Counted from the first letter of the stretch, positions 29,895 to 41,398 are shown. The stretch is 64,000 nucleotides of DNA from Rubrivivax sp. (GCA_035438245.1 DAORHX010000001.1:6606-70605); one strand, 5' to 3'. A program made the numbers and translations. The notes: generated by a model from the letters alone, not told the origin.

Positions 29895-30772
29895 CCCCAT
29901 GCGATATCCCCACACCGGCACATATGGCCGGTCAGGGCTCGCCGCTCGTGCTACTGCATGGCCTGGGTGGTACCTGGCACATCTGGAAGCCGGTATTGCC
30001 TGCGCTCGAGGCGCATCATCGGGTGATCGCGTTGACACTGCCGGGCCACCACGGAGCCCCTGCCTATGACGGCAGCGGCGATGCGGCGGTCGCTGGTCTC
30101 GCCGACCAGGTTATCGATACTCTGCGGCAACAGGGGATAGCCCGTGCGCACGTTGCCGGCAACTCGCTCGGCGGCTGGCTCGCGATTGAGCTCGCCCGGC
30201 GCGGCTTCGCAATGTCGGTGACGGCGTTCTCGCCGGCCGGGGCGTGGCGCAGCGACGCCGATTACCGCGCTGTCGCGACGCCTTTCCGCATCTTCTATGC
30301 GATCGTCGGCGTGATTCTCTTCATCGCCCGGCTGTTCAACGGCGCGACCTGGCTGCGCAAGGCGCTGACGCGGCAGATGATGGAGCACGGCGAACGCTTG
30401 TCGGCTGCTGACTTCCTCGGCATGTTGCGCGCGATGGCGAACACGAGCGTCCTGCGCGGGTTGCTGCGGACGATGGGGCGCGATGGCCCCGTCGCGCCGC
30501 TCGATGCCGGCAGCGTGCCGATCCGCATCGCCTGGGGCGCGTGCGACGCGGTCATTCCGTACCCGCGCTACGGGGCGCCGTTCGTGGAGCGCATCGGCGG
30601 GGCCGAGGCGACCACCGTCGCGGGTGTCGGCCACGTGCCGACGTATGACGACCCGGCGCGCATAGCGGCGAGCATCCTCGAGGTCACGCGGCGCGCCGAG
30701 GAGTCGTCCGCGCGCGCAGACGATGCACCCGCCAAGGTCCTCGCAGCGACGGACGCGGGGAGGGTGCAATGA
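29891..30772 (+). CDS. Alpha/beta hydrolase
   Basis: LVLLHGLGG, GNSLGG nucleophile elbow, GVGHVPTYDDP; GTG start overlaps the upstream stop. Confidence 0.85.
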   Translation: MTPCDIPTPAHMAGQGSPLVLLHGLGGTWHIWKPVLPALEAHHRVIALTLPGHHGAPAYDGSGDAAVAGLADQVIDTLRQQGIARAHVAGNSLGGWLAIELARRGFAMSVTAFSPAGAWRSDADYRAVATPFRIFYAIVGVILFIARLFNGATWLRKALTRQMMEHGERLSAADFLGMLRAMANTSVLRGLLRTMGRDGPVAPLDAGSVPIRIAWGACDAVIPYPRYGAPFVERIGGAEATTVAGVGHVPTYDDPARIAASILEVTRRAEESSARADDAPAKVLAATDAGRVQ

Positions 30773-32601
30773 CCGCAACCGTCGGCGCCATGCTGCGTTC
30801 GCGCAAACGCAACGCGAACGCCGTGCTCGCGACCGAGCGCTTCCGCGGCCAGGTCGCGCTGCTGGCCGGGCGGCTGCAGCGGCCGCTGGACGAGGTGACG
30901 AAGGAGGCCAGCGAGGGCATGCGCGAGATCGCGAGCGTGCAGCATCCGGCCTTCGCCGCGATGTTCGACCACGGCCTCGGACCGATGCACACGCGCGCCT
31001 TCACGATCGATGTCGACCAGGAGGGCCTGAAGGAGCTGAAGCGTCTGGACAAGGACCACTCGCTGGTTTTCCTGCCGACGCATCGCAGCTACGCCGACGC
31101 CTTCATCCTGACCCAGACCCTGCGCGAAGGCGGCATGCCGCGGAACTTCATCCTCGGCGGCAACAACCTCGGCTTCTTCCCGCTCGGCACGATCATCCGC
31201 CGCTCGGGCGGCGTGCTGATGCGACGCAGCTTCCAGGACGACGAGGTCTACAAGTTCGTCGTGCGCGAGTACCTCGGGTACCTCGCCGCGCAGGGCAACA
31301 ACCTCGAGTGGTACATGGAAGGCGGCCGCTCGCGCACCGGCAAGTTGCGGCCGCCGAAGTACGGGCTGCTGCGCTACCTGGTCGACGCGGTCGAGAGCGG
31401 CGTGACGCGGGACATGCTGCTCGTGCCGGTGGCGATCACCTACGACCAGTTGCACGAGATCGGCATGATGGCCGCGGAAGAGAGCGGCGCGCGGAAGGCG
31501 AAGGAGGGCGTGCGCTGGCTGGCCGACTACGCGCGCATGCAGCAGAAGTGGATCGGCACCGCCTACGTGCGCTTCGGCGAGCCGCTGTCGCTGAAGGAGG
31601 CGCTGCGGCGGGCCGATGCGGAGCAGGGGGGTGGCCGGTGGACGGTCGAGAAGATCGCCTTCGAGGTCTTCTCGCGGATCAACCGCGTCACGCCGGTCAC
31701 CGCGCCGGCGCTGGTCACGCTCGCGCTGCTCGGTGTCGGCGACCGCGGGCTGACGCTCAGCGAAGTTCAACGGCTGGTGCTGCCGTTGCACGGCTACGCG
31801 GTGCAGCGTGGGCTGCCCACCGCCACGGTCGACGGCCTGAAGACCGAAATCGGCCTCGCCGATGTGCTCGACTCGCTGGCGAAGTCCGGCGTCGTGCGGC
31901 GCTATGCCAAGGGCCTCGAGCCGGTCTACGGCATCAACCCCGGGCAGCATTCGGTGGCGGCGTTTTACCGCAACAGCGCCATCCACTGGTTCGTCAACCG
32001 CGCAATTACCGAGCTGGCGTGGTCGATGGAACTCGGCGCGCCGGCCGATGACCCGTTGGAGTCCGCCTGGCAGCGCAGCTTCGCACTGCGCGACCTGCTC
32101 AAGTTCGACTTCTTCTTCAGCGAGCGCGAGGCTTTCCGTGAAGAAATCAAGGCTGAGATGCGCCTGCTCGACCCCCGCTTCCGCGTCCGCGCCGCCGAAC
32201 CAGCAACGCGCCACGAGACCTTGCTCGAGGCGCCGTTCCTGGTCGCGCACCGCGTGCTGACAGCCTTCATCGAGGCCTACTACGTCGTCGCCGACCGGCT
32301 GGCCGCGCATCCGGCCGACGTCGCGGTGGACAAGCCCGCGTTCCTCGACCTGTGCGTAAACGTCGGCAAGCAGTACCTGATGCAGAGGCGGCTGCAGAGC
32401 CCCGAGTGCATCTCCAAGGAGCTGTTCGGCAACGCATTGCTGCTGGCGGCCAACCGCAACCTGTTGAAGCCCGGCGATCCAACGCTCGCGGCGCGCCGCG
32501 CCGACTTCGCGAAGGAACTGACGGCGCTCGTCACTGCCACCGGAGCGATCGATGCGCTGGACCAGCAACGGATGCCGGCGCGCCTGGGGGCAACCGCATG
32601 A
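30769..32601 (+). CDS. plsB: Glycerol-3-phosphate O-acyltransferase (PlsB, actinobacterial-type)
   Basis: HRSYAD (HxxxxD), [31 protein letters not shown]. Confidence 0.88.
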   Translation: MTATVGAMLRSRKRNANAVLATERFRGQVALLAGRLQRPLDEVTKEASEGMREIASVQHPAFAAMFDHGLGPMHTRAFTIDVDQEGLKELKRLDKDHSLVFLPTHRSYADAFILTQTLREGGMPRNFILGGNNLGFFPLGTIIRRSGGVLMRRSFQDDEVYKFVVREYLGYLAAQGNNLEWYMEGGRSRTGKLRPPKYGLLRYLVDAVESGVTRDMLLVPVAITYDQLHEIGMMAAEESGARKAKEGVRWLADYARMQQKWIGTAYVRFGEPLSLKEALRRADAEQGGGRWTVEKIAFEVFSRINRVTPVTAPALVTLALLGVGDRGLTLSEVQRLVLPLHGYAVQRGLPTATVDGLKTEIGLADVLDSLAKSGVVRRYAKGLEPVYGINPGQHSVAAFYRNSAIHWFVNRAITELAWSMELGAPADDPLESAWQRSFALRDLLKFDFFFSEREAFREEIKAEMRLLDPRFRVRAAEPATRHETLLEAPFLVAHRVLTAFIEAYYVVADRLAAHPADVAVDKPAFLDLCVNVGKQYLMQRRLQSPECISKELFGNALLLAANRNLLKPGDPTLAARRADFAKELTALVTATGAIDALDQQRMPARLGATA

Positions 32602-34079
32602 ATGCACGACCACGTTCCGACGACAACGAGAACGCGCTCGCCGACGCGCTGGCCGTCATCGAGTCCAGCCCCGACGGCCCGCAGGTCGGCGCCTTTTTCG
32701 ACTACGACGGTACGCTGATCGACGGCTACTCCGCCGCTGCCTACATCACCGACCGCATCAAGCGCCGCGACATGGGGGCGCGCGAGCTTGCCGACACGGT
32801 TGCGCTGATGCGCAAGGGGGACCTCAGCGACGCGGAGTTCGCCGAGGTCATCGGCAAGGGCATCCTCGACTGGACCGGCCTCACCGAGGACGAAATGCGT
32901 GCGATGTGGCGCCGCCTGTTCGCGAGCAAGACCGGCGCCACACTGTTCCCCGAGGCCTGGAAGCTGGTGCGCGCGCACCAGCGCAAGGGCCATACGGTGG
33001 CGATCGCGTCGTCGGCGACCGTCTACCAGATCGAGCCGATCGCCGAGGAATACGGCATCGAGCACATCTTGTGCACACGGGCGCGGGTGCGCAACGGCAA
33101 GCTCACCGGCGGGCTGATTGGTCAGCCGATGTGGGGGGAAGGCAAGGCCGCCGGCGTGACCGCCTTCGCGAAGGCGCAGGGCATCGACCTGCGCGCGAGT
33201 TTCGGCTACGCCAACGGCAACGAAGACATTCCGTTCCTGCGCTCGCTCGGGCACCCGCACGCGGTGCAGCCCAAGCCTGCGCTGGAACAGATCGCCGCGC
33301 TCGACGGCTGGCCGATCCTGCGCTGGGAGCGCCGTCACCGCGGCACGTCGAAGGCGATGGTGCGCACGGCGGGCGCCTACGGCGCGATGGCTGCGGCCTT
33401 CCTGGCCGGCCTCGGCTACGCAAAGGCAACCGGCCGCACGCGGCGCGCGGTGGACTTCATCACCTCGGTGGCAAGCGATGCGGCGCTGGCCGTGGCCGGC
33501 ATCGAGGTCGAGGTCATCGACGAGCACAACCTGTGGGCGCAGCGGCCGTGCGTGTTCATCATCAACCACCAGAGCAAGGTGGACATGTTTCTGATGATGT
33601 ACCTGATCCGCCGCGGCTTTACCGGCGTGGCAAAGAAGGAGGCGCAGAACACGCCCGGCTTCGGCACCTTCATGCGCATGGCCGACATGGCCTTTGTCGA
33701 CCGCAGCCATACCGGCAAGGCGATCGACGCGCTGCAGCCCGCGGTCGACCGGCTGAAGCAGGGCCTGTGCGTCGCCATCGCCCCGGAAGGCACGCGCTCA
33801 TGGTCGCCGCGCGTCGGCCCGTTCAAGAAGGGTGCTTTCCACATGGCGCGCCAGGCCGGTGTGCCGGTGGTGCCGGTGGTGATCCGCAACGCCGGCGAGG
33901 TGATGGGCCGCAACGACCAGACGATGCGCGCCGGTACCGTGCAGGTCGCGGTGCTGCCGCCGGTCGACGTCGGCAGGTGGCGTCCGGAGGAGATGGACGA
34001 GCGCGTCGAGGAGGTGCGCCGGAAGTTTGTGGCTACGCTGGAGCACTGGCCGGGCGAGCCGGCCGGGAGCAAGACATGA
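32598..34079 (+). CDS. HAD-IB phosphatase/1-acylglycerol-3-phosphate acyltransferase fusion
   Basis: N-terminal [10 protein letters not shown]; C-terminal NHQSKVD, APEGTRS, PFKKGAF. Confidence 0.9.
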   Translation: MNARPRSDDNENALADALAVIESSPDGPQVGAFFDYDGTLIDGYSAAAYITDRIKRRDMGARELADTVALMRKGDLSDAEFAEVIGKGILDWTGLTEDEMRAMWRRLFASKTGATLFPEAWKLVRAHQRKGHTVAIASSATVYQIEPIAEEYGIEHILCTRARVRNGKLTGGLIGQPMWGEGKAAGVTAFAKAQGIDLRASFGYANGNEDIPFLRSLGHPHAVQPKPALEQIAALDGWPILRWERRHRGTSKAMVRTAGAYGAMAAAFLAGLGYAKATGRTRRAVDFITSVASDAALAVAGIEVEVIDEHNLWAQRPCVFIINHQSKVDMFLMMYLIRRGFTGVAKKEAQNTPGFGTFMRMADMAFVDRSHTGKAIDALQPAVDRLKQGLCVAIAPEGTRSWSPRVGPFKKGAFHMARQAGVPVVPVVIRNAGEVMGRNDQTMRAGTVQVAVLPPVDVGRWRPEEMDERVEEVRRKFVATLEHWPGEPAGSKT

Positions 34080-35083
34080 GCCGCCAGGTGCGCATCGCGG
34101 TGCTCGGCGCCGGCTCTTGGGGCACGACGGTGGCGTCCCTTGCCGCCCGCAACACGCCGACCGTGCTCTGGGCCCGCCGCCCCGAGCAGGCGGAGCAGAT
34201 CGAGCGCGAGCACCGCAACGAGACCTACCTGAAGGGACTGTCCCTGCATCCCGCGTTGCGCGCGACTGCACAGCTCGACGAGGCGGTGGGCGACTGCGAC
34301 GTGCTGGTGGTGGGCGTGCCGTCGCACAGCTTCCGCGAGACGCTTCAGGCGGTCGCACCCCACATGCGGCCCTGGGTGCCGGTGCTGAGCCTAGCGAAGG
34401 GTCTCGAGCAGGGCACGCGGCAGCGCATGACGCAGATCATCCACGAGCAGCTGCCTGGCCATCCCGCGGGCCTGCTCGCCGGCCCCAACATCGCGCGCGA
34501 GGTGCTGCAGGGCCTCGCGGCGGCCGCGGTGCTGGCGATGCCCGACGAGGAGGTCGCGCACGCGCTGCAGCCACTGTTCGCGAGCCCGGTGTTCCGGGTC
34601 TACACGAACAGCGACGTCACGGGTTGCGAGCTCGGTGGGCCGCTGAAGAACGTGATCGCGATATCGGCCGGCATGGCCGACGGCCTGGGCGTCGGCGAGA
34701 ACACGCGGGCGATGGTCATCACGCGGGGCCTGGCCGAGATCACGCGGCTCGGCGTGGCGCTCGGGGGGCGCGCCGATACCTTCGCGGGCCTCACGGGACT
34801 GGGCGACCTGCTGACCACCTGTATGAGTCCGCTGTCGCGCAATCGCCAGGTGGGCATGCAGTTCGCGCAGGGCCGCAAGACCGCCGAGATCGTGGCATCG
34901 ATGAACATGGTTGCCGAAGGAATCAAGACCAGCAGCGTCGTGATGGAACTTGCCGCTGCCCACGGCATCGAGATGCCGATCGCCGCCGAGGTGGCGGCCG
35001 TGGTGCGCGGCGAGCGCGGAGCGGTCGAGGCCTTCCGCGGGCTGCGACGTCTAGCGCCGGGCGCAGAAAGAGGTGTCGCTTGA
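34076..35083 (+). CDS. gpsA: NAD(P)H-dependent glycerol-3-phosphate dehydrogenase
   Basis: [43 protein letters not shown]. Confidence 0.93.
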   Translation: MSRQVRIAVLGAGSWGTTVASLAARNTPTVLWARRPEQAEQIEREHRNETYLKGLSLHPALRATAQLDEAVGDCDVLVVGVPSHSFRETLQAVAPHMRPWVPVLSLAKGLEQGTRQRMTQIIHEQLPGHPAGLLAGPNIAREVLQGLAAAAVLAMPDEEVAHALQPLFASPVFRVYTNSDVTGCELGGPLKNVIAISAGMADGLGVGENTRAMVITRGLAEITRLGVALGGRADTFAGLTGLGDLLTTCMSPLSRNRQVGMQFAQGRKTAEIVASMNMVAEGIKTSSVVMELAAAHGIEMPIAAEVAAVVRGERGAVEAFRGLRRLAPGAERGVA

Positions 35084-36726
35084 GCAAATCACCGAAGGTG
35101 CAGAACGTGGGCGCAATGCCGAAAGGGGTCGACAACGAGGTGCTGGCCGAGTTGCGGCGCTGGGGCGGGCCGGCCGAGATGAGCGCCTTCGAGGCGCTGA
35201 TGTGGCTGTGCGAGGAGGACCCCCGCCTGCGCTCGACCACGACCTCGGTGTTGATCCTCGACCGCGAGCCGTCATGGCCGCGCTTCCACGCCGACCATCG
35301 CTGGCTGGCTGAGGCGGTGCCGCGCTTTCGCCAGCACGTCGTCGTGCCGGCGTTCGGAGTTGGCCAGCCGACCTGGGCCGAGGACCCGGACTTCGAGCTC
35401 GACTATCACGTGCGGCGCCAGCGCCTGGCGGGACCGGGCACCGACCGCCAGCTGCTCGACGCGGCGGCCGTCATCGCGATGGCGCCGTTCGACCGCGCGA
35501 AGCCGCCCTGGGAAGCGACGCTGATTGAAGGCCTCGAGGGGGGGCGCGCCGCCTACGTGCTAAAGCTGCACCACGCGGTCTCGGACGGGCTGGGCATCAT
35601 GCAGTTGCTCAGCCGCGTCTTCACACGCGACCGCGGCGAAGTCGTACGCCCGAAGCCGCCGGCACGCGACCGCGGCCGGGTGCGGCCGAAGACGCCGCTC
35701 ACTCTCGGCGTGAAGGCGCTGGCCGGCGCGACGGCGGCGCTGCCGCGCCGGGCCGGCTGGGCCGCCAAACTGATCGCCCGCCACGTCGGCAACCTGGCGA
35801 ACGATCGCGAGGCGTCGCTCGAAACGCTCGGATACCTTGCGTCGGCGAAGCGCATGCTGGGCGGCAAGCCGGTCGAAGGTTCGAGGCTCTTCGCCAGACG
35901 CAGCCTGACGCGGCGGCTCGATACGATCGAAATGCCGCTCGCAGGGTTCAAGGCCGCCGCCAAGGCGGCGGACGCCTCGATCAACGATGCCTTCCTGAGC
36001 GCGATGATGGGCGGGTTCCGGCGCTACCACGAGGAGATGGGCGTGGCCGTGCGCGACATGCCGATCGGCTTTCCGATCAGCCTGCGCAGCGGCAGCGACC
36101 CGATGGGTGGCAACAAGTTTGCCGGCTCGCAGTACGACGCGCCGATCGGCGAGAAGGACCCGATCGAACGCATCCGCCACGTGCAGCGCTTCGTCAAGCA
36201 GACCCGCGCCGAGCCGGCACTGGACGCGATGATCCGCCTCACGCCGGTGCTCTCGCGGCTGCCGATCACGCTCGTCACACGGATGATGGCTGGATTCACC
36301 GAATCGCAGGATGCGCAGATCAGCAATATCCCGGGCATCCCCGACACGGTGTACCTCGCCGGCGCGGAAGTGACGCACTACTGGCCGTTCGCGCCGGCGC
36401 CGGGCTGCGGAATGATGATCACGATGCTGTCGCACAACGGGCGCTGCTGCATCGGCATCAACAGCGATACCGCGGCCGTGACCGAGCCCGAGCTGCTGGT
36501 CGAATGCCTGCGCGCAGGGCTGAACGAAGTCCTCGCGCTGGCCGACGTGCCGCTGAGCGTGCCAGCGACCGCGGACGAGGGCCCGCGGGCGCGGACGCCC
36601 AAGGCGACGCCGAAGAACGCACCGGCCAAGCGGAAGACGGCTCCGGTCGGAAGCAACGCGACCCCGCGCGCGCCAGCGCGAAAGGCGGCTCGCACCATTT
36701 CCAAACCGAGAAGGAAGCAACCATGA
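35080..36726 (+). CDS. Wax ester synthase/diacylglycerol acyltransferase (WS/DGAT)
   Basis: KLHHAVSDG catalytic motif, [15 protein letters not shown]. Start is TTG 35080 (overlapping the gpsA stop) or ATG 35116. Confidence 0.9.
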   Translation: MSKSPKVQNVGAMPKGVDNEVLAELRRWGGPAEMSAFEALMWLCEEDPRLRSTTTSVLILDREPSWPRFHADHRWLAEAVPRFRQHVVVPAFGVGQPTWAEDPDFELDYHVRRQRLAGPGTDRQLLDAAAVIAMAPFDRAKPPWEATLIEGLEGGRAAYVLKLHHAVSDGLGIMQLLSRVFTRDRGEVVRPKPPARDRGRVRPKTPLTLGVKALAGATAALPRRAGWAAKLIARHVGNLANDREASLETLGYLASAKRMLGGKPVEGSRLFARRSLTRRLDTIEMPLAGFKAAAKAADASINDAFLSAMMGGFRRYHEEMGVAVRDMPIGFPISLRSGSDPMGGNKFAGSQYDAPIGEKDPIERIRHVQRFVKQTRAEPALDAMIRLTPVLSRLPITLVTRMMAGFTESQDAQISNIPGIPDTVYLAGAEVTHYWPFAPAPGCGMMITMLSHNGRCCIGINSDTAAVTEPELLVECLRAGLNEVLALADVPLSVPATADEGPRARTPKATPKNAPAKRKTAPVGSNATPRAPARKAARTISKPRRKQP

Positions 36727-37481
36727 CGACTGAAACCATCATGCAGGGCGCCGAGCCCTTCTTCTACAAGGGCAACGACATCGGCGTGCTCGTCTGCCAT
36801 GGCTTCACGGGCACGACGCAGAGCATGCGCGGCCTGGGCCAGAAGCTCAACGAAGCCGGCTACACGACGATCGGCCCGCGCCTGAAGGGCCATGGCGTGT
36901 CGCCGCAGTCGATGGCCAAGACCACGGCGAGCGACTGGATCGCCTCGGTCGACGAGGCGCTGGCCGAGCTGCGCAAGAGCTGCTCGCAAATCTTCATGAC
37001 CGGGCTTTCGATGGGTGGCACGCTGACTTTGTACGCGGCGGCCAAGTACCCCGACGTGATGAAGGGCGCGATCACGATCAACGCGCCGGTGCAGATCGAC
37101 GTGCCCGACCTGGCCGGTCTGGCGTTGGAATCGGCGGTGCCCGAGATGATCCCCGGCGTCGGCTCCGACATCAAGGCGACCGGCGTCACCGAACTGGCGT
37201 ACGCCGAGCTTCCGGTTGCCGCGCTGCGGCAGATCTACGTGCTGTGCGCGGTCACACGCGATCTGCTGCCGCGGATCAAGTGCCCCACGCTGGTGATGCA
37301 GTCGCGTGACGACCATATCGTGAACCCGGGCAACGGGCCGCGCATCGTCGAGGGGATCGGCAAGGACAAGGCCGAGCTCCTGTGGCTCGAAAACTCGTTC
37401 CACGTCGCGACGCTCGACCACGACAAGGACATCATCAGTGCGCGCGCGGCAGCGTTCATCAAGGGCATCGCTGGACGCTGA
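36723..37481 (+). CDS. Carboxylesterase/monoacylglycerol lipase (YvaK/Est30-like)
   Basis: VCHGFTGT, GLSMGG, DDHIV, SFHVATLDHD. Confidence 0.88.
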   Translation: MTTETIMQGAEPFFYKGNDIGVLVCHGFTGTTQSMRGLGQKLNEAGYTTIGPRLKGHGVSPQSMAKTTASDWIASVDEALAELRKSCSQIFMTGLSMGGTLTLYAAAKYPDVMKGAITINAPVQIDVPDLAGLALESAVPEMIPGVGSDIKATGVTELAYAELPVAALRQIYVLCAVTRDLLPRIKCPTLVMQSRDDHIVNPGNGPRIVEGIGKDKAELLWLENSFHVATLDHDKDIISARAAAFIKGIAGR

Positions 37482-37632
37482 GCGATCGTGACCGTCCCCC
37501 TGCCGAAAGCGGGGCGCAGCTTTAACGAGGGCGGCGGGCCGACACCGACACGGCCCGGGGTGATGCATTGCGTGCTGCGGTTGTCCGGCGCCTCCAACTG
37601 CCGCCTTCTGCTCAGTGCGCGAGCGGGCGGAA

Positions 37633-38610
37633 TCAAGCCATCGCAGTCAGCCTCAGCCGCAGTAGCGCAATCACGCCATCGATCGTCGGTGTCGCCACGC
37701 CCGTCAGCTCGCGCACCGCCTGAAGCGAATCGCTCAGCACCGCCAGCTCCGGAGGTCGGCCGCGCTCGACGTCCTGCAGCATCGACATCTTGTGCGCACC
37801 GGCGTTGCGAGCCGCGGCGATGCGCTCGTCGATGCTGATCGGCAGTCGCGGCACTCCGGTGGCTGCCGCCAGCGCATCGGCTTCTTCCATCATGCGCCGC
37901 ACCAGCGCCACCGTGTCGGAGTCGGCGCACAGGCGGTCCAGCGTCGCGCCGGTAAGTACGGCCACCGGGTTCCAGCACAAACTGCTGATCATCTTGGCCC
38001 AGATCCAGGCGCGGATGTCGTGAACGATCTGCGCGTTCAGGTTCGCAGCGTTCATCGCCTCCGCCAGGCGCTGCAGCCGTGGGCTGGCGCTGCCGTCGGG
38101 TTCGCCGATCGGAAAGCGCAGCAGCTTGCCGTCGTGATGCACGACGCCCGGCGCGACGACCTCGGTGGCCACCCAGTAGACGCAGCCGATCGCCCGCTCG
38201 GGGCCGAGCGTGCACCACTGCGCGCTGCCCGGATCCAGACGCTCGACGCGGCGGCCGGCCAGCGCGCCGGGCAGGTCGTGGAAGTACCAGTACGGGATAC
38301 CGGTGGTCGGCGGCACGACGGCGGTATGCGGCCCCAGCAGCGGCTGCAGGCCGGGCAGCGCTAGTGTCATCTGGTGCTGCTTCAGCGCTACGAACACGAT
38401 GTCCTGCCAGCCCAGTTCTTCCGGTATGTCTGTAGCGCGCACGCGGGCGATGGTCTCGCCCTGCGGCGTCTGCAACCGCAGGCCGTGCGTGCGGATCGCC
38501 GCCAGGTGCGCGCCGCGCGCGACGACGCTCAGCTCCAGGCCCGGCACCTGCGCCAGCCGCCCGGCGACGAAGCCGCCGATCGCGCCAGCGCCGAAGACGC
38601 AAATGCGCAT
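37633..38610 (-). CDS. Ketopantoate reductase family protein (PanE2-like)
   Basis: FGAGAIGG, TGIPYWYF, IWAKM, HKMSMLQDVERGR. Confidence 0.85.
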   Translation of the reverse strand: MRICVFGAGAIGGFVAGRLAQVPGLELSVVARGAHLAAIRTHGLRLQTPQGETIARVRATDIPEELGWQDIVFVALKQHQMTLALPGLQPLLGPHTAVVPPTTGIPYWYFHDLPGALAGRRVERLDPGSAQWCTLGPERAIGCVYWVATEVVAPGVVHHDGKLLRFPIGEPDGSASPRLQRLAEAMNAANLNAQIVHDIRAWIWAKMISSLCWNPVAVLTGATLDRLCADSDTVALVRRMMEEADALAAATGVPRLPISIDERIAAARNAGAHKMSMLQDVERGRPPELAVLSDSLQAVRELTGVATPTIDGVIALLRLRLTAMA

Positions 38611-38621
38611 CGCGGCCCGCG

Positions 38622-39506
38622 TCAGTTGTGCATCGTGGCCAGGCCACGGTCGAGCAGCCGCACACCGCGTTCGACCGCGCTGACGCGAAACTGCCAGGTG
38701 AGAGCATCACGACGGAACAGCTCCACGCGCACTGTGTCGCCGGGCAGGCCTGGCGCGACGAAGCGCGCCGCCAACGTGCGCAGGCGCTCGGGGTGTGCCA
38801 ACCCGGCGGCGTGCAGCAGGGCGCGGCAGGCAATACCGAGATTGTTCAGCCCGTGCGAGATCGGGCGCTCGAAGCCGGCCTCGCGGGCGATCGCCGGGTC
38901 GGCATGGATCGGCATCCAGTCGCGGCTGGCGATGCGGTACAGCAGCGCGGCATGCGCTGGCGTGCTCAGGTCAACGATGGCTGTCGCGTCGGCCCGGGCA
39001 TCGATAGGCGGCAGCGGCGCCGCGGCGTGCTGCGGCTCGCCCCAATCTCCGCAGCCGCCGTCGCCCCGCAGGAAATGCAGGCTCTGCAGGCTGGCCAGGT
39101 GCGTGCCCTGCGCACGCTCGAAAAGCTCGGTGTCGATCTGCAGTACCGCACCGCGGCCGGCGCCCTTGTCCTGCACGCGCACCAGCCGGTGCTCGGTGCG
39201 CACGCGGCCTGCCGCCGGCAGCGGCGCGTGCAGCTGCAGGTGCTGCTCGCCATGCACGATGCGCTTCCAGTCGATGCCCGTGGCCGGGCCGTGCTGCCAG
39301 AAGGGCTGCCAGCCCAGCACCATGGCCATCGAAGGCACCACGCGCTGCGCGTGGCCCGCCGCTGCCTCGTACACGTAGGGCAGCTCCTCGGCATTGAGCG
39401 GGTCGCGGCCAAAGCCCACCGCCAGCGCATAGAGCAGGCTGTCGGGCCAGCTGTAGTCCTGCTCGGTCGGTGCGAAGCGCAGGCTGGACACGTAGTCCAG
39501 GTTCAT
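38622..39506 (-). CDS. Double hot-dog enoyl-CoA hydratase 2 (MFE-2 hydratase-like)
   Basis: LLYALAVG, IVHGEQHL, YRIASRDWMPIHADP, ISHGL. Confidence 0.85.
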   Translation of the reverse strand: MNLDYVSSLRFAPTEQDYSWPDSLLYALAVGFGRDPLNAEELPYVYEAAAGHAQRVVPSMAMVLGWQPFWQHGPATGIDWKRIVHGEQHLQLHAPLPAAGRVRTEHRLVRVQDKGAGRGAVLQIDTELFERAQGTHLASLQSLHFLRGDGGCGDWGEPQHAAAPLPPIDARADATAIVDLSTPAHAALLYRIASRDWMPIHADPAIAREAGFERPISHGLNNLGIACRALLHAAGLAHPERLRTLAARFVAPGLPGDTVRVELFRRDALTWQFRVSAVERGVRLLDRGLATMHN

Positions 39507-40531
39507 GCCGGCACGGTGACGACGATCTTCCCGAACTGCTCGCCGGCATGCAGCCGGTCGAAGGCGGCGTGCACCTGGTCCAGTGGGACCTGCTGGTCGA
39601 TGACGGGGTGCAGCCCACCGCGCGCGAACATCGCCACCAGCTGGCGGAACTCGTCGACGCTGCCGCCGGTGGAGCCGTAGACCTCCAGCTGGCGGATGAA
39701 CATCCGCTGGATGTCGGCGCCCGGGTTCGAGCCGGTGGTGGCGCCGCAGGTCACCAGCCGGCCACCGCGGCGCAGGCTCTTCAGCGAGTCGGCCCAGCTC
39801 GCCTGGCCGACGCTGTCGATCACCATGTCCACGCCTTCGCCGCCGGTCATCTCCAGCACGCGCGCGGCCACTTTGTCGCTGCGGTAGTTGACACCGCCGC
39901 TGGCGCCCAGCTCGATGGCGCGCGCGATCTTGGCGTCGCTGCTGCTGGTCACCAGCACGCGCGCGCCCGCCCTCAGCGCCAGCTGCAGACAGGCCACGGC
40001 GACGCCGCCGCCAATGCCGACGATCAGCACCGTTTCGCCGGCGCGCAGCGCGCGCTTGCCGAACAGCATCCGCCAGGCGGTGAGATGGCCGGTCATCAGC
40101 GCGCCGGCGGCCACCAGGTCGGCATCGTCGGGCAGCGGGAAGAAGCAGTGCGCCGGCATGGCGACGTATTCCGCCAGCGAGCCGTGGCGGTGCTCGCCCA
40201 TGATGTCGGCGTTCAGGCAAAGCGGATGGTCCCCCGCCAGGCAGTAGCGGCAATGGCCGCAGAAGGCATTGGGGTAGAGGATGGCCTTCTGGCCCGCGCG
40301 CAGCCCGCTGCCCTCGGGCGCGTGGGCCACGACGCCGGCCGCCTCGACGCCTTGCACGATCGGCAAAGCATGTGTGATGCCGACGCCGACATCGCGCATG
40401 TACAGGTCGACTCGGTTCAGCCCCACCGCGTGCACGCGCAGCAGTGCTTCGCCGGCGCGTGGTATCGGCGCGGGGAAGTCGCGCAGCTTCAGGCCTTCGC
40501 GGCCCCGGGATTCGAGAACGGCAGCTTTCAT
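39503..40531 (-). CDS. Zinc-binding MDR dehydrogenase/quinone oxidoreductase-like
   Basis: CGHCRYCLAGDHPLC structural Zn site, GIGGGVA, GEQFGKIV. Confidence 0.85.
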   Translation of the reverse strand: MKAAVLESRGREGLKLRDFPAPIPRAGEALLRVHAVGLNRVDLYMRDVGVGITHALPIVQGVEAAGVVAHAPEGSGLRAGQKAILYPNAFCGHCRYCLAGDHPLCLNADIMGEHRHGSLAEYVAMPAHCFFPLPDDADLVAAGALMTGHLTAWRMLFGKRALRAGETVLIVGIGGGVAVACLQLALRAGARVLVTSSSDAKIARAIELGASGGVNYRSDKVAARVLEMTGGEGVDMVIDSVGQASWADSLKSLRRGGRLVTCGATTGSNPGADIQRMFIRQLEVYGSTGGSVDEFRQLVAMFARGGLHPVIDQQVPLDQVHAAFDRLHAGEQFGKIVVTVPA

Positions 40532-40551
40532 GGCCGATAGCATACTAGATA

Positions 40552-40565
40552 GTACGCATGTGTAC
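40552..40565. promoter_or_regulatory. Palindromic operator copy 5 (GTACGCATGTGTAC)
   Basis: Divergent region; identical to copy 1. Confidence 0.75.
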
Positions 40566-40615
40566 GACAACGGGAAAACCCGCAGACACCTTGTCCGATG
40601 GTTATGATCGAATTC

Positions 40616-40629
40616 GTACGGTAGCGAAC
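40616..40629. promoter_or_regulatory. Palindromic operator copy 6 (TTC-GTACGGTAGCGAAC-GAA)
   Basis: 10 bp upstream of the SDR start at 40640. Confidence 0.7.
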
Positions 40630-40639
40630 GAAATAGCAA

Positions 40640-41398
40640 ATGGGTCGTCTCGAAGGAATTGTCTGCGTAGTCACCGGCGCCGCACGCGGCATCGGCTGGG
40701 CCATCGCCGAGCGCCTGGCGCGCGAGGGCGGCCGGGTAGCGGCGTGGGACGTCAGCGAGCGGCGCCTGGGCCCGGCGGTCGATGAACTGCGCGGCCAGGG
40801 CCTGGACGTGCGCGCCTTCGTCTGCGATGTCGGCCGGCGCGACGCGGTGGCGGCGGCGATGGGCGATGTCGAAAGCACCTTCGGGGCACCGGTCGGTGTG
40901 CTGGTGAACAACGCGGTCTGGGCGCGCTTCGGGCCGCTCGAGGCCATCGACGAGGCCATGGCCGAGCAGACCCTGGCGGTGGGTCTGAAAGCGCTGATGT
41001 GGACGCTTCAGGCGGCGGTACCGCAAATGCGGCGGCGCGGCGGCGGCAGCGTCATCAATCTCAGCTCGACCTCGGCGCTGCATCCGGTGACTGAATCGAT
41101 CGTCTACGCCGCGATGAAGGCGGGCGTGCTCGGCCTGACACGCGCGGCGGCGGTGGAGTTGGCGCGCGACCGCATCCGCGTCAACAGCGTGATTCCGGGC
41201 ATGGTGGGCACGCCGGCGTCGAAGGCACAGTTCGACGCGCCGACGCTGGCGGCACGCGAGGCGGCAATGCCGCTCGGCCGCTTTGGCCGGCCCGAGGACA
41301 TCGCCGCGGCGGTGGCCTACCTGGCCAGCGACGACAGCGCCTACGTGCACGGTGCGGAATTGTTGGTGGACGGTGGATGGACGGTGGGTATCCAATGA
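40640..41398 (+). CDS. Classical SDR oxidoreductase
   Basis: TGAARGIG, LVNNA, YAAMK, VDGG. Confidence 0.9.
   Translation: MGRLEGIVCVVTGAARGIGWAIAERLAREGGRVAAWDVSERRLGPAVDELRGQGLDVRAFVCDVGRRDAVAAAMGDVESTFGAPVGVLVNNAVWARFGPLEAIDEAMAEQTLAVGLKALMWTLQAAVPQMRRRGGGSVINLSSTSALHPVTESIVYAAMKAGVLGLTRAAAVELARDRIRVNSVIPGMVGTPASKAQFDAPTLAAREAAMPLGRFGRPEDIAAAVAYLASDDSAYVHGAELLVDGGWTVGIQ

Noticed and set aside
32552-36726. Apparent giant fusions (843 aa and 899 aa) in the ORF track
   Set aside because: The N-terminal parts are off-frame read-through of the preceding gene; real starts are 34076 (gpsA) and 35080/35116 (WS/DGAT).
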